Positions 23,701-37,400 of a stretch of DNA of 64,000 nucleotides are shown piece after piece (position 1 is the first letter of the stretch; each line of letters begins with the position of its first letter). Location: assembly GCA_036172245.1 (NCBI GenBank), contig JAYWIR010000023.1, forward strand, positions 744,001 through 808,000, written 5' to 3'. The stretch comes from Raillietiella orientalis (taxonomy: Eukaryota). The notes beneath the pieces were generated by a model that was not told the DNA's origin, searched no databases, and worked only from the letters and a program-made list of their open reading frames with translations. Position numbers and translations under genes: made by a program.

Positions 23701-26700
23701 ATCTGTCTGTCCTTCTTTAGGATTATGTTCGTAAGAGTGGACACGTGCACACAAACACACACGTACGTGCTTGTGAGTTTCCGTGGTGAGTTTTTGGGCG
23801 GGTGGGATGTGTGCATCCGTGTAGAGTGGAGGTGCGCGTAGCAGTGGAAATGCTCTGCGTCGGTAACCAAGGGTGACCGCGTGGAAGGTGAAACGCAGCA
23901 TGATGAAAAGGGTGAAGAAGATGCTGGAAGACAAGGATTGCCGTGTTTGAGGGAAAGCAAACGAAACGTGCATTCCATGTGCTTTTCAAGTGTGACGCTT
24001 GGAAAGAATTGAATATGCAAACTCTAAAACAACTTTCTGCTTGCGCACCGATGAATCGTAGGATGACGGACTTTCATTTCCACCAATAAAAATGGAAATT
24101 TACCGTCCTATATTATTCTTTGGGGATATTTTGAGAGTTATTTTGGAGGATGATTGTAGATAACTCTTCTAAGCATCTGTCTTCTGAGTATCTTCCAGCT
24201 GACTTATCAGATGCTCGCAAAGGAAACTGATTTGAAAACCTCCTAGAAAGCTTCTTAAGCCGATGCAATCCTGCAACAAGATTGCCTTACTCTTCAGCCG
24301 AGGAGTCATGTGGAACCTTCTTCAGAAGAAAATTTCCTCTAGCGAACTGTGAATCATGCACAGCAGGAGCTGTATAAGATTCCTTAATGAAGAAAATTCG
24401 TAAACAAAACGTAACACCGAAGTCAGGAAGTCGATCTCTTATCTACATGTTGTCAGTTCTCCGTGAGGATGGATATGGAAACCCCCGAAGTGGAAAAATT
24501 CCTATCGAAGATTTTCATCTCCGGCTTCCCTTTTCTAACCTGAGCTTTGATGCTGCAGCAAGCGGCTCAAAGGTAGTTACTTCCACGGAGGCATCTGCTC
24601 ATAGAGTCACAGGTGATGCACAATGAAGATGAAGAAATCTGCCCCGAATCCTTCTCTTCATGGTCTCGTTTAGAGAGTACATCTTCCACTGACCTCGTAC
24701 CTCATCCACTTTGTTTTTGTTTTTGAATTTGCTTACTCTGCGTTCACAAATTCTGACCGCTTAAGTCTCTCCTTTCAAGGTAAAGTACTCTCATCTGTTT
24801 CCGTACATCCGCCCCTTGTTTTTCGGGTCATTGGTTGTGCTTGAAATTATATTTTTGCTAATTACTTGTTTCTTTGAAGGGGAATTTATCAAAAATTATA
24901 TTCCAACGATAAAAAATGATAAATACGTCTACTAAAAGGCCTAATACAATTTACTCATTATTCTTGCCTATGCTTGCAATTTGGATTTAATGAAGAAACA
25001 AAAGTTGTGCTCACCTCCCTAAGCACTATGTATGCCGCCAATATAGATCTTAGCACCAATTAAATTAAAAAAAGATTAAATCACGAAGCAGTAATGAGTT
25101 TCTGATAATCTTAATGTTTTGATCAAAAGTCCTCAAAGGCCACTGCAGCTAAGAGGAATGTAGGAAACAGAGGAATGATGCCGTCGGAAGGATGTGAATG
25201 AGCACGTAAGAAAAATCGAGCAGGAGCAGTTCGTCTTTATGGGGATTTGAAGCGCATTGGTCCCTTCGTAGATATCTAATTGAGTTTGGCATATTCATGC
25301 AGAAATTTCGGGAATTTGGAGTGGCAAAAAAACATATAACCAACAGCATTTATTCTCAATAGAAATACGAAGTGAATACAACACCGATTCAATAGCTGGG
25401 CAGCCTCTCAAAGAGGAAGTCATCTTCATTTTTTAGTTTTGAAATTTCACCTCTGAAACCAAAACTCTAGCTAAGGAACAAGGAACACTTTTCCAAGGTT
25501 TTTTTTCCTTTCTGCTCCTTCTTCCTTCTTGGTTATACAGGATCTTTTTTTTTTGTTTTAGTTGAACGTATCTGTTCAACTTGGGTTCGAAAAATTGCAG
25601 TGTTTTTTGACATTTCGAGAATTCAGACTTAAGTTTCTGCAGAGCCATAAATCCATACTCTTCTTTATTCCGATATTGAGGAGATCGAACCCCTTCTCGC
25701 AATTCTTAAACGACTTTTTGCGCCGTAAAATATTATTCAGATAGCTGGTGTTATCGTTGTACATCCACGTACTGGTAGAGTTATGTGCTGCCTTATATGA
25801 CCTTTCTTTTGGTCCCTGACTTCATCTTATGTAAATAAGAGGAAGTCGGAGATTGACTGACTACCTATAAGAAAAATGAGATCCAGTTTCAGAAGAACCT
25901 TTCGCTTGGCATCGAAGGCACCTCCCTCTGACAATTCAGCAGGATGAATCCCTGGTCCATTAATACCACCACACACGAATGATCGTCAATTGCAAACGTC
26001 TCATGCTTACGTATAGAAAGAATGTGTCCGTTTCTCCCATGCCTATTTTAGCTCGTTCTGCGAGTTGCCTCATCGCTTTACTCTGGTTGGAAACTGTGTT
26101 AGGGGCATTGGCGGATGTGACAAAAACAAAAAGAGAAAATTACTGTTAAAGAGTAAATTAGAGGTAACTGTATGCAGAATGACAGTGGCGAGGCACGCAG
26201 AGCATCTAATGGCAATGCTGCAAGTCTGAAGCATTAATGCTCAGTAGTATATCTGGATAGGATGACGTTTATTTCACTTCCCTTTGATCTTCGCCCAAAC
26301 GGATTTCTCTCAATAAAAAGTGGAACAGAAAACTTTCCGCGAAATGTCGATTTGCACGACTGCATTCTGCAAGAGGTTACCGAAGTGTATTGGGAGCAGT
26401 TGGAGGAGAGAAAAAAATAGAGAAATAAAAATCAGGAGGTTTCAGTACAAGGACTGGGAGTCATGATTAACGGGAAAAAATGTATCTGCTTTCCAGATGC
26501 TCCAAAGATCTCACGTGCACAAAGGAGCCCGTGGATCTTAAGCACGTTTCGAATCGAAACATCAGAAGGGACTCAGATTTCCAGAAAGCTCACTTTGAAT
26601 AGTAATGAAGCATCCAACCACGTGACCGGCAGCGAATACCCCGTGTGACCTTTGATTATCACTGCATACTCGAAAAGAGCCTTCGGAATGCTTCGAAGTA

Positions 26701-29700
26701 GGTACGAATCTGTTTGGAGCCGGGATCGAGGAGGGGAGAGATAAGGAAAAGGGGAAAAGAAAAGAGCCTTACAGCCGAATCGAGAGCTGATGTGAATCAA
26801 AGCTGAGATGGCCAGACTACAGAAGCTGAACGAATTGCTTCCTGATCAAAGTAGAAACGGCAAACATTTGCTTGCCCATAATTTAGAAATAATTAACATT
26901 GAATGGAACCGTGCAGTTCCTTAAATCGGAAAAAGTGGGATGTCAGACATCCACGGAACACAGGTTGGAATCAGAACAGCGGCGGTCAGAAAGCGAGGGA
27001 AATCTAAATCTAAAACAAGGAGGATGGGGTGATGTAATTCTCTCGGTCACGTTAGAAATGCAGAAACATTCAGAAGGAATCCCTGATGACAATTTGTGAA
27101 GATTGGGCTTCTTCCTTCAATTTTGCAGGATCCTTGAACTCTGGCACTGGGAGGTTAAGATCCTCATTTGCATTAGAAGCAGACCAAAATCTTCCCACAG
27201 ATTGAAAATCGAGCGTTTTCGTCATCGAAGCAGCACTTGGCTGTAAAGATGGGAAAGGATCGTTGCATTTCCGTTTTCGTTCTGGGAGGAGGATTCGGCA
27301 GAAGTCACAGACAAGGAAATTTTCCATCCAGTCTGGTAATTTCGATTGCAAAACCCATTCCGTGAATCTCGAGAGGGACAAACCCATTTGAAGAGAAGAG
27401 TTGAAGGGACCAGCGTCTTCCATCGCGCCTTAAGCTAATGTAGTTTTGAGCTAATTGGTCCCTACTCTCATGGTTTCTTGTGCTGCTTGTGGGACCAGTT
27501 GTGACTGTTTTCAGCTTTCGAATTACATCGCTCAGCATGTTTTCTTCAGGCTCCGTGCCTTTCCTCCGGAAGAGATTAGCTCATTACTATGGCAATAGCC
27601 TGTTCCAAGAGCTGTGGACAAACATAGGAGCCACTTTGGTGAATATATATTGTGGCTCATTCCCGTCTCCTAAGAGTGAATACCACGAACCCATTTCTTC
27701 TGGATTTTCTGCACGACAGGTACTGTAAGATTGAGTTCGGTGTGCAAATATTTGTTGGAAACTTATTGGTGTATGTGTGAATCCAATTCTCTACCTGTTC
27801 CGAAGGAACTTTTTTTTCTTTTTTTAATTTCCATTTTTTCAACTGGGAGGGGGGGGGAGAGACCCTTGTGCGCTATCGTGTTTCCAAACAACTTTCTATA
27901 AATATGTAATGAGGTATTTGGTTTGCCTTACGCTGGAACGTTGATCACATATCAGAAATACCTTTGCCCGACTTCAGTGCGCTGATGTCTTGAAACAGAC
28001 CGCTTTTGCATCCTTTAAAAATATTCAAGGAATTCCAGTAGTCTAATCAGAGCGTTGCCATCTCCAGGGACTATGAAGCTTCATCCGAGCTCATTAAATG
28101 CCATCAAGGAGCATGTCAGGAAACGAACGGACAGATGAATCGGTGATCTCTCTCGCGGCAGTCGTTGGCCTTTCACGGGAATGCTCGCCATACGTTAAGT
28201 GTGACAGAACGAGGAAAGAACGGTTTCCTCTGTTCTGGGGAGGAAGATTCCTGTTCATCTCAGATACGAGCATGTAGTGCGAACGTGTAGGCACTAATCC
28301 TGGGCTTTTTGGCTGCTGCCACTTTCCTACGCCTGCTCCGGTAGTACGAGAGGGAACCCGTGTCCATTTTAAACAGAGGAAACAGGATCGGGATGAGCCC
28401 GTCGCCTACTTCAAATCCTGAACGAAACCTACTCAAATCATCTTTGATCGATCCCAAGCCCTTGCGTTCCGTTTCCTATCCAGGTAGTTCGCCAACTTGA
28501 ATTGGGAAAACATGGAAGCCCTGAGGTCCACAGTCTGGATGGATCGTTCACACACGTTCTTTCCTTTCCCAAACTCCACGAGATGAGAGGGGAACATGCG
28601 GCAAAATCCAGCGCCTCCATGCAAACCTCATGTGCGGTTTCGTTTTATTCGGGGTCCATCAACACGTATCTGGTTCCATAGCATTACTGTCAACAGTATG
28701 TATTGTATGTTAATAAACATGCATGTTCAAGTAAATCTGTATCTTAATCTGTGCAGAATCAGCACATCTGCTTATCTTTCATGATCTTTCAGGATTTGGA
28801 TCTTTCGGGATTTTTGAACCAGACCCATTTCATCAGACCTGCTCCAGAGGGATGCTTTTAGAAGACTTTCGTTGCTTTTAGAAGATGCCGAAACACTTGC
28901 TGCGAGGCTCCGGTCCAGCAGCACGGACACAGCTGGGACTATGACATCGGAAGCGTGACAGTCAAGACGAAAACACACACAAAAAAATGGTGCTTCAAAG
29001 GTCAAACTTCGGTTTTCGACTGCGTTCATCTACTGTGTCCACACGGCTCTCGAGTGCTTAAGATGTTTTCGAATAAGTTTCAGATAATTAAAGCAGCTGA
29101 ATGCTGCTAAGTAGTTACGGCAAGCATTCCATCGGAAGATTGCGAATGATTTAGCATGATTTCCTACCGGAATGCCTACTTTATTTGCATTTTTCAATTA
29201 TGCTGACCAATGCTTTGCTGAGAAGGCATCTCCAGCTCGGCATCAGGTCAGGAAATCAGTGATCTGTATAATGCAAAGCAATGAAAAGTCAAATGCAGAA
29301 CAGGAAAAATGATGAATTCTGGAGTGGAAAAAAATATTCCCGAAGAAAGGATCCTCACTAATTTCGGGCGGAATAAGCAATAAAAATCTAGAATTGAAAA
29401 CGACATATTTGGATGACAAATGGTGAGGTGAAGGTTTTAGAAAACACTTCAACTATTTTAAAGATCTTAAATGTGTAAAAATAATTACGGTCTTGACTGA
29501 CGCCTCAGTTACTGAGGCAGCTGGCAAAGAGCTTTGGTCCATTTATACGACGAATTTCGTGTTAGCTAAGGAGGATTTTGTTTTTCAATAAAAGCGAATA
29601 AATCAGTTATTTGTGAGAGACTCCTTCTAAGAACTGTTGTCAAAAAAAGCACTTGCACAGCCATGGTGCTACAAGAAAAATGTCATGATCTCGAGTTCTC

Positions 29701-30470
29701 AAGACTGATGAAGTCTGAAAAAACGCTTCTGGAAAAGTCATCAACAAATGATGGCAACGAAACATTGAGAGAGGATACCATGACAGGCAAGAAACTTACA
29801 GTATTGGAAGAGCAGGAGGTTCAGGAGTAATTGCAAAGAGTAACCAATTCAGGCCAAAAGATAAAGAGTACCCTTATTGCTCAACACTTTTGACAAGAAG
29901 AGATGTTTTCGACCCTGAGTACTCCAGTTACGATCTCGGGCTACTCAACTTTATTCACTCCATTTCAGAGTTTTTTTTTTTTTTTCCAGTTCAGAAATTC
30001 AGACTTTCAAGGTCATTTCTTTTGCTCCGTGTGGAACCTCCGCAATTTGATTTCAGTCTTTCGGCTTCCGCTACTGCGGAAGCACTTCTTTTCGCTTCGG
30101 TGTGGGGCGCTGCGAGTCTCACTAGCAATTGGGAAGATAATCGCTCCAGGGGACTGATGCCAGGGTCTTGCACACGGGCTGCAACATTGCAGGATCTCCG
30201 TCTATCCTTGCTCCGCGGGATGCTCCTGAATGCACGGCAACTCCTGAATTCATCTGAAACGCGCGTTTTCACCCACTCCTCAAAGCCGGTGGTTTCTTTT
30301 TGCCTTCGTGCGCAAACATTGGGAGTACCGCTTTTGACAAGATGGACGCGACTCGATCCTTCCCTGTCCCTATTCTTAGAGACAAAAGCCCATTGACCGA
30401 ATGGGATGGGGAATTAGGAAAGCTGCAATCTAGGTGCCTCGCACGGAATTTCCCCCCTTATGCAGACCGA

Positions 30471-30529
30471 AGTTCAATTTTTCCATGGACGGCTTTTTTT
30501 CTGAAAAGCCGTCCATGGAAAATTGAACT
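30471..30529. repeat. ~26-bp hairpin with one bulge
   Basis: AGTTCAATTTTTCCATGGACGGCTTTT-TTTCTG-AAAAGCCGTCCATGGAAAATTGAACT. Confidence 0.9.
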
Positions 30530-33500
30530 CTTCCATCTACCTGAATGCATGGACGCCAATGGAACCCGAATCCCGAAAGGATCACGCGCGAATGCTGTTT
30601 CACCTCATTCTAAGCAGCGAAAATTGATGGTCATTTTGACGGAAATAGAGAAATAGATAATAAGACAGAAAGAGAAGGAAATTAGAAAAACGCACACATG
30701 AAAAACGAGGTGCCCCTTCCTACATGAAATTCCGTTACCCTCGTGATCCTCGGATCTTCTAACAGATTTCTGATCAGATTCTAAATCTATTGCTTCATTC
30801 TCTCTGAGCACTCTTTAAAGACGGTCCTAAATTACTGTTTCACCAGGAAGCTCGTGCCTGAGCTCCAGGTATACTGATAATATTCTTTCATAGATTGAAT
30901 ATTCTTTCATTCTTTCAGATGATTATTAGTATATTATTTCATCCTTATCAGCCAATTTGCAAGCTGATTGATCCGGTATTGTGCGGATGCTGAATTATCT
31001 GTAAAGAATAATTTCTTCACGATCCTCCCTCAAGGGACTGTTCACCCTGCTAAAGTCGCTTCTATGGAAACTCCTCGTGAAATCCGTTCGAGGCTTCCGC
31101 AGACAGTCGGTGTACTGATCCGGGTAGTTTTATCTTTTGCTCGCAGCTTCTATTTTAGAAGTCTCTATTTTTCGTCTGATTCGTCTTCTTTTTATTAGCA
31201 GCAAAATTAAAGCTTTTTTTTTTTTTTTTTTTCCAGTTTCAAAGCTCTGTATTCTGAGAAATTTTTGCTCGATTCATGCGTTTTTTTTTTTTTCTTAAAA
31301 AAAAAAAGGCAATCTTCTTATCAGCCACCATATCATCAGCGTTGCTCTGTTTTCAAACGCTCGTTCTTCCAAAGATTTCGATGCTGTTTTCCATGCGTCT
31401 CGTAAGTCTGAGACGCTCCTGGAGAATTGATAAATTAGCTCGTATCTCTCTGTTGCAGATCACTGACGCATTCGCTTATATTTTTCATGTTTTCACTGAT
31501 GATTTCATCCGTTTAAAATGATTCCCTTATGAGGAACTTCTATTTATTTTGTTTGCGAGCAAGTTGAGCTTCAGTTCCACTTGGCAGTTTCACACGAGTC
31601 CAGAAGAACCCCAAGTGCCCGCGTTTCGCTTCTTTCGATTGACCGCGGGCTAAAAATCATTCCCTATCCATCGGCATTTCTTTTAGACGTCTATTCAGTG
31701 TCCTTCCTGTGTCTATGCGCCCGTATGGCGGGCGATCTCTCGTTTAATTGCGTCTTCGATAGGTGACTCGAGATAGGAAAATTAATGGTATCTTATATCG
31801 TAGCTATGGAGTGTTTAAATCAAAGTTTCCGGACTTTTACACAGTCCTCTAGATCCATTGCTTAATAGGCAGTTTCAATCCCGAGGCAATTTTGGAAGCA
31901 GATGTATTATTTTCGCGGACAGTCCACCAAATTGATTTTCACTTCCGTACCGAGTATGTTCTCGAGGGAAATAAAACCACGTTTTATATCCTCTTCGCCG
32001 ACGGTTTCTGTTTCCCAGTGACAATTTTCAGCATGATTATCAAATGGACCGTGGGACCTGATTTGCCCATTTGTGTAATAATTTTTTGCAGCTTGCCTAC
32101 TCCGTTTGAAAACCTTTAATTTCTTCTCCCACTTATCTCTTCTTCAAGGCCTTTTTGAAAAGGCCTTTTGTCTGCTAATCAGCACACAGAGTACGAACAC
32201 CACCCATCCGTCTAAGATGTCCGTGGCAAGTGATCCCTTTAGCTTCGGAGCATCAAATTCCATACTCCCAATGCTTCTACAGATTCTTTCACATGGGAAC
32301 TGCCATTTAGAATAGCAATGTTTCAGAATAGATGGTTTCGAACATCATTGTGTGCATCCTATTTTAATGTCGAGTCATTTTTCTCTTTATTCCCGAAAGT
32401 TCCTTGTGGGGCGCTTTTTTGCAGGTTGTTTTTTCAGGCCCGAGGCGCAAAATGATGGAAGGCTTTCGTGCTCGACATTTTATTTATCTGCTAAGCATGG
32501 GGCTCTCGGGATGCAGCTACGAAAACTTGTCTTAGACCTACATTGCGATTTTTCTTTTAACTTCTGGATGGTAATGGAATTGTCATCTTCCTATTACGCA
32601 AGCAATGCTACAGAAAAGTCCGTACCGTACGCGAGGGGAAAGACAGCAAGCTACAACTACTCCACTGGCAGCGGTCCAAAGAGAAGAAAGGTGCCTATTC
32701 TTCCCGTTTCTTCGACTTCATCGCAACTGCAAAGTTGGCCCGTTGACGGAAAATTCCACGCATCCGAATGGCTAATTAAGACCTAACCACTTCTGACTTG
32801 GAAGATTGCAGAGATCCTTGTTGGATCCTGGCTAGAGAAGGCTGTGGCAGTTCGGAATTCGTTCAAGGAAGCTGGAAGTGCAAGATGGGTAAGCATTCCT
32901 CTCTTGGACGATTCTCAGTAGCTGCAAATCCACAAGAGGATGTTTCAAAAAGGGATCATTATGTGAAGCTTTGGAAGACGAACAACGCCCCATATAAGCT
33001 TTCAAAGGAAGCACAGAATCAGGCGTGGTATTTATGGGACTAAAGCTTTCTAAAATAAACAATTATAAAAATGAAACTTCCGTAATTTCGGCCCAACCTC
33101 TATGGTACAGTAGAATAGAAGGGTTAAAGTTTTTGCTTCAAAAGGACCAATCGTTGGGAGTCTTGTAGTTCAGTGTGATTGAATAAAAAATGCAAAGAAC
33201 TTCAAGATGAAAATGCAGTCAAGTCAAGGGTAGCACAAATCACGAAAGGGATGACCTGCAGACTTGCCTCCTACAACTTGAACTCACATGGAGATCATAA
33301 TGGATGCGTCAGGATTTCAATTTAACTGTTTCTCCAGAGCTAGGGAGTCGTCCCTCGCTTTCCAAGAAAGAGAGACCGGAAATGAGATTGTCATCTGGAC
33401 CAAGCATTAAGTTCGCAATTTTGTGAGCGAAACCCACAAAATTGTTAGGAAAATGGAAAAACGCTTGAACAAGAGGATCACAGCATGAGCATGTCAAATG

Positions 33501-34663
33501 GTAAGAAGAATCTAATGCTGCGTGGAGAATGGTACGTGAACTTGCTTCAGAAACTTTGGGAGAATCCCCAGAACAATCTGCAGTTGTGATGAATTCTGGG
33601 AGAATTGATGGAACCCACATGGACTAAGGATTAAGAAAGCATGGTAACAGGAGGAAAAGATGCATGAGAAATTGTCATGTGTTCCATCAGATCCTCAACA
33701 AGTGCTGTTTGCTGAATTTTTCATCTGCTCAGGAGAATGCGGGGCAATCGAATGGGAAAGCATTCCGCAGGTGAGCGGAGGAAAAACAGCTTCACGCTAA
33801 ACAAAAATTGGGAAGTTCCAGAATCCAGAAGGCAGAACTATAGTGCAACTCCCTGATTTGATAAATGCTAGCAAGGATGAGCAGCAAGTCCCTCGTGAGT
33901 GTTGGATGTTTGTTGGAGCATTCTGTGAATCCTGATCTGTTTACATGTTAAGAGTGGTCTAATGTTTCGCGTATCTGGGATGCCCAGTGATTTCTTCCCG
34001 TTTTCTTCCGTGGATCAGTTCCTCCGAGTGCACCTCACAGAGTGATAAAATCTTTGCGATACGCTTTATTTCCGGTTAAAGAGGCGAGATCATGGGAAAA
34101 AAATCGTCTACCCTGATGTTGGTGGTCATCTTTCCTGCACGAGGTCGTCGATGCCAAACCCGTTTCATGAAGAAGGGAAAAGTCAGTTTTACACGAACTT
34201 TCCTTTGAAACAATCTAAGGAAGCTGATTATGAATTGTGCACTCACAAATTGTAAATGGTATGAGCACAGTAAATATGGATAATACAAAAGGGAAATGGA
34301 AAACCTCCTTGTAGTCTAAAACTAATCGATAATACTTCGTAATTAGAGGCTATGCTTTCATATTTAGACCATTCACAGAATATTAATTTTTCCGGTGGTC
34401 GGCTACGACCGGCAGGTACTGGTTACTTCATTTCGAAGTGGAAATACGAAGTTCTTTTCCGATAGAGGACCACTTCGGCTGCATATGGTCAAGGCTACAT
34501 TGAGAGTCCTTACAGACGTCGGCTCATCCCGGCAAAATGAAATTACTTCAGCTTGAAGTCGCGAGTTCTACATCCCAGGGCGAAAAAAGGCAACTGACTG
34601 AATGTGTTTTGAAAACCTTCGCGTTTGACCTGTTTCTTCCACTGAGAGTCAGTGGCTCCCGCG

Positions 34664-35325
34664 CTGGAACAGAGAGCCTCCAGAAGGTACACAGATCCAC
34701 TGTCCGTGATCTCTTTCACGATTGCGCGCAGCAGCTTCAACGCACCGTCCGCCTCGCGGAAGCGCAGCTGAACCTCGCAAAGGAAGGCTCGTGACCCGCG
34801 ACGTTGGCTTCCTGCCTCTCCGGTTCTCCTTCCCCAGCTGGTCAACGTCCCTCGAGGATCGGAGACCCCGACGCGATACCGAGGCCGTCACGAGCTGCCG
34901 ACGTCAGCAGCTCGGCCGAAACATGGACACATCCGAGTCGCCTCGTCGCCAAGGTGGGCATCCTGCAGGCGGAGGTCCTGGTCTCGAGAGTCTCCAGATG
35001 CGTCGCGTCCATCGCCACGGCATCTTTGCAAGTGTTCCGCGAACAGAGGTCGTTCCTGCGCTCGGCGCGCACCGTGCGAGGCGCCGTCCGTTTTCGCCAC
35101 CCCGCGTGCACCCAGCGTGATGCACGAGCACGCCGTTCTCTCTCTCCTTTGGCAGCGCTGCTCGGTTTTCCCATCCTCGCACAGAAGGGGGCATGGACCA
35201 CTGCACGCTGCCCGTGCCGGTTGTTGCCGTGGTGGACGTTTGCGATCCCTCGGACGAACAAGAGGAGGCTCCGAAGAGTTTCACGTGGTACTTGGATCCT
35301 CGGCTCGAAATCGCTGTGTCCACAC
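34664..35325 (+). repeat. Left arm of a 662-bp inverted duplication; GC-rich, degenerate coding-like sequence of unknown origin
   Basis: Reverse complement of 38711-39372 with 3 mismatches seen. The ORF translations of the two arms are nearly identical. Confidence 0.95.
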
Positions 35326-36904
35326 ATGATGCGTGAGCACACCACATGGTGGTAACAGGTGTCAGATTTCTGATGCGAATAAAGGCTTCCAAGGCAGCGA
35401 AGGTGCGCGACATATGAAGAAGGAAGTTTTGATTTTTCTGTCTTGTTCGCCCCAGCATTCCGAATAAAAGTTGCAGTTGGGGCGTACCTAAACCGAATTT
35501 AGAAACAATCCACATTCGAAGGATCGTTTGCCTCAGCTATTCTGAGTCGAAATCTGAGTCCACAACTTCGAGAAGAAAGAAATAGAAACCGTAGAAATAG
35601 GTTGTGTGCGTACAGAGACCCTCTTTGGCTTTTGTACCGAGAATACTCGAAGCACTTGGGTGCGAATTCTGCTGAACGCAGACCTACTCCCTCCCTATCA
35701 AATAACCGGTTGGAGGAGATCCCTACACCCCGTTGCTCGCATTGATTGTCTCACATGCTCTTCGTCCTCTCAAAGAGCTTCGTTTTCTTAGTTTGCGTCT
35801 TTCGCTGCAGTACCCCTATGCATTACTGCGTCTGTTATTCGCTTTCTTACTTTGCCTCGTTCGAGCGAAAAGCATCTTAAGGATCTCTTTCGCACTTTCT
35901 CCATTCCTAACGATCTTCCCGATATTATGTATTTTCAGATGCAAAGAATAATCATGCTGTTTCAGAAACGGTTGCAAAGCAACCCACAGAATGGCACTCC
36001 ACAACTCCGTATTTATTTGTGCATACGGTGATGCATATACAGGCATTTGTGCAAATACCAAAATGTATTTGCTTTATTTTGTACAGATTACGTCGGCACA
36101 GGGTGTAACATGCGTCTTATGCCTACTGAACATAATATTTCCACACTCATGCTCGAAGTATATGGAGCATACATGTTGAAGCCAAAGATACGTAAGGATT
36201 CGCTCGGACAGAGATGGACATTGAGACGACATAGATGGACATAGATGTGGAGTGGACTCAGAGGGACACGGATGCATATTGAGAGTTGATCCTTGGCTTT
36301 CATTTATTCGATTTGTGTTGTGCAATGAACGACTCCTTTCCAGACAAACCTATTGATTTTTACGTATTGAAAATTCTTATGGATCTTCCGTATACGAACT
36401 TTGCGAAGTATAACTGTATTTCCTATTTATTTGAAATGAAGGACCAAATATTATAGGGATGAGTGATGCCATGGGCTTGTGAAAAACTTTAGTTGTCGGG
36501 AAAAAAACAAAAAAAACCAAGTGAACAGAAATTTGACACCCAAAGCATAGTGTAAGTGGCTGACCTCAGGCTGACCTCGACCATCAGATTGGAAGACAGC
36601 CACTTTATTAATGTAAGTCTGTTCTCAAGTGCTGCTCTTGCACAGAACAGACTGACATCCACGCCTGCAGCGAAAATCTGATATGCAACTTTTAGCACGT
36701 TTGATCTCCCGCGTGCTCAACGAACAAACGAGAGTGATGACATTTATCTCTGAAGAAACGATTCTGAGAGCAGTTTAACGGAAACTGAATCTGTCATTGA
36801 CTTCTATCAGGAAGGAATAAGCTGTTTACGTATCCAGAAGAGTGTGCATATATCTGAACGATTCACACGATTCCTCTCATTTGTTCCATGATCCACGTTA
36901 AATA

Positions 36905-36982
36905 GCGGAGACCACCGTTACCACAAAGCCTTCGACGCGGGTTAGCTGTTGACTTTCGGTTAAGGAAAGAGGTCAAACGCGA
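36905..36982. repeat. 78-bp direct copy of 39876-39953 (SINE 5' end plus flank)
   Basis: 75/78 identical by direct comparison. Confidence 0.9.
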
Positions 36983-37321
36983 TCAATTAGGTAATGATGC
37001 AGATTTATTTTGGGAAGAGTTCCAAATCAATTACTCAAATGTACCGAGGAGAAACAATAAAAGAACAGCTGTGAGCCTCTCTTAGGTAAGAGGGAAATAC
37101 TATCCAGATAATAGGTTACTCCAGTTACGAGGTCTAGATTGATCTTCAGACCTATTATTGCCAGCAGAACTGATTTTCATGATTGGTGTTTTTGTTTGCG
37201 ATGCATTAAGATTAATAACAGCAGCATCAGATTCGTTCAACTTTCACGTGATGGGTTTCGAGCCCCAGATAAGGGCGATCTTTTTTAACAGCGGAAAGCA
37301 AATCTGAGAACATCTACTTAC

Positions 37322-37400
37322 ATTCCAGTTTTTCGTCCATGCTTCCTCGAGAAGTGATAGACAAAGCTCTCATGAATTCTTCAAATTCGATATAACCGTC
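37322..37400 (-). CDS. NCS1: NCS-1/frequenin internal exon (EF-hand 2): DGYIEFEEFMRALSITSRGSMDEKLE(W)
   Basis: ttttttcag|GAC GGT TAT ATC GAA TTT...AAA CTG GAA T|gtaagt, 79 nt, ending in phase 1. With the previous exon it completes the EF-hand loop DENKDGYIEFEE. Confidence 0.96.

Noticed and set aside
32600..33700. WPVDGKF and CSCDEFW fragments suggesting a MULE/SWIM transposase
   Set aside because: Only two short partial motifs, which is within chance expectation without an HMM search.
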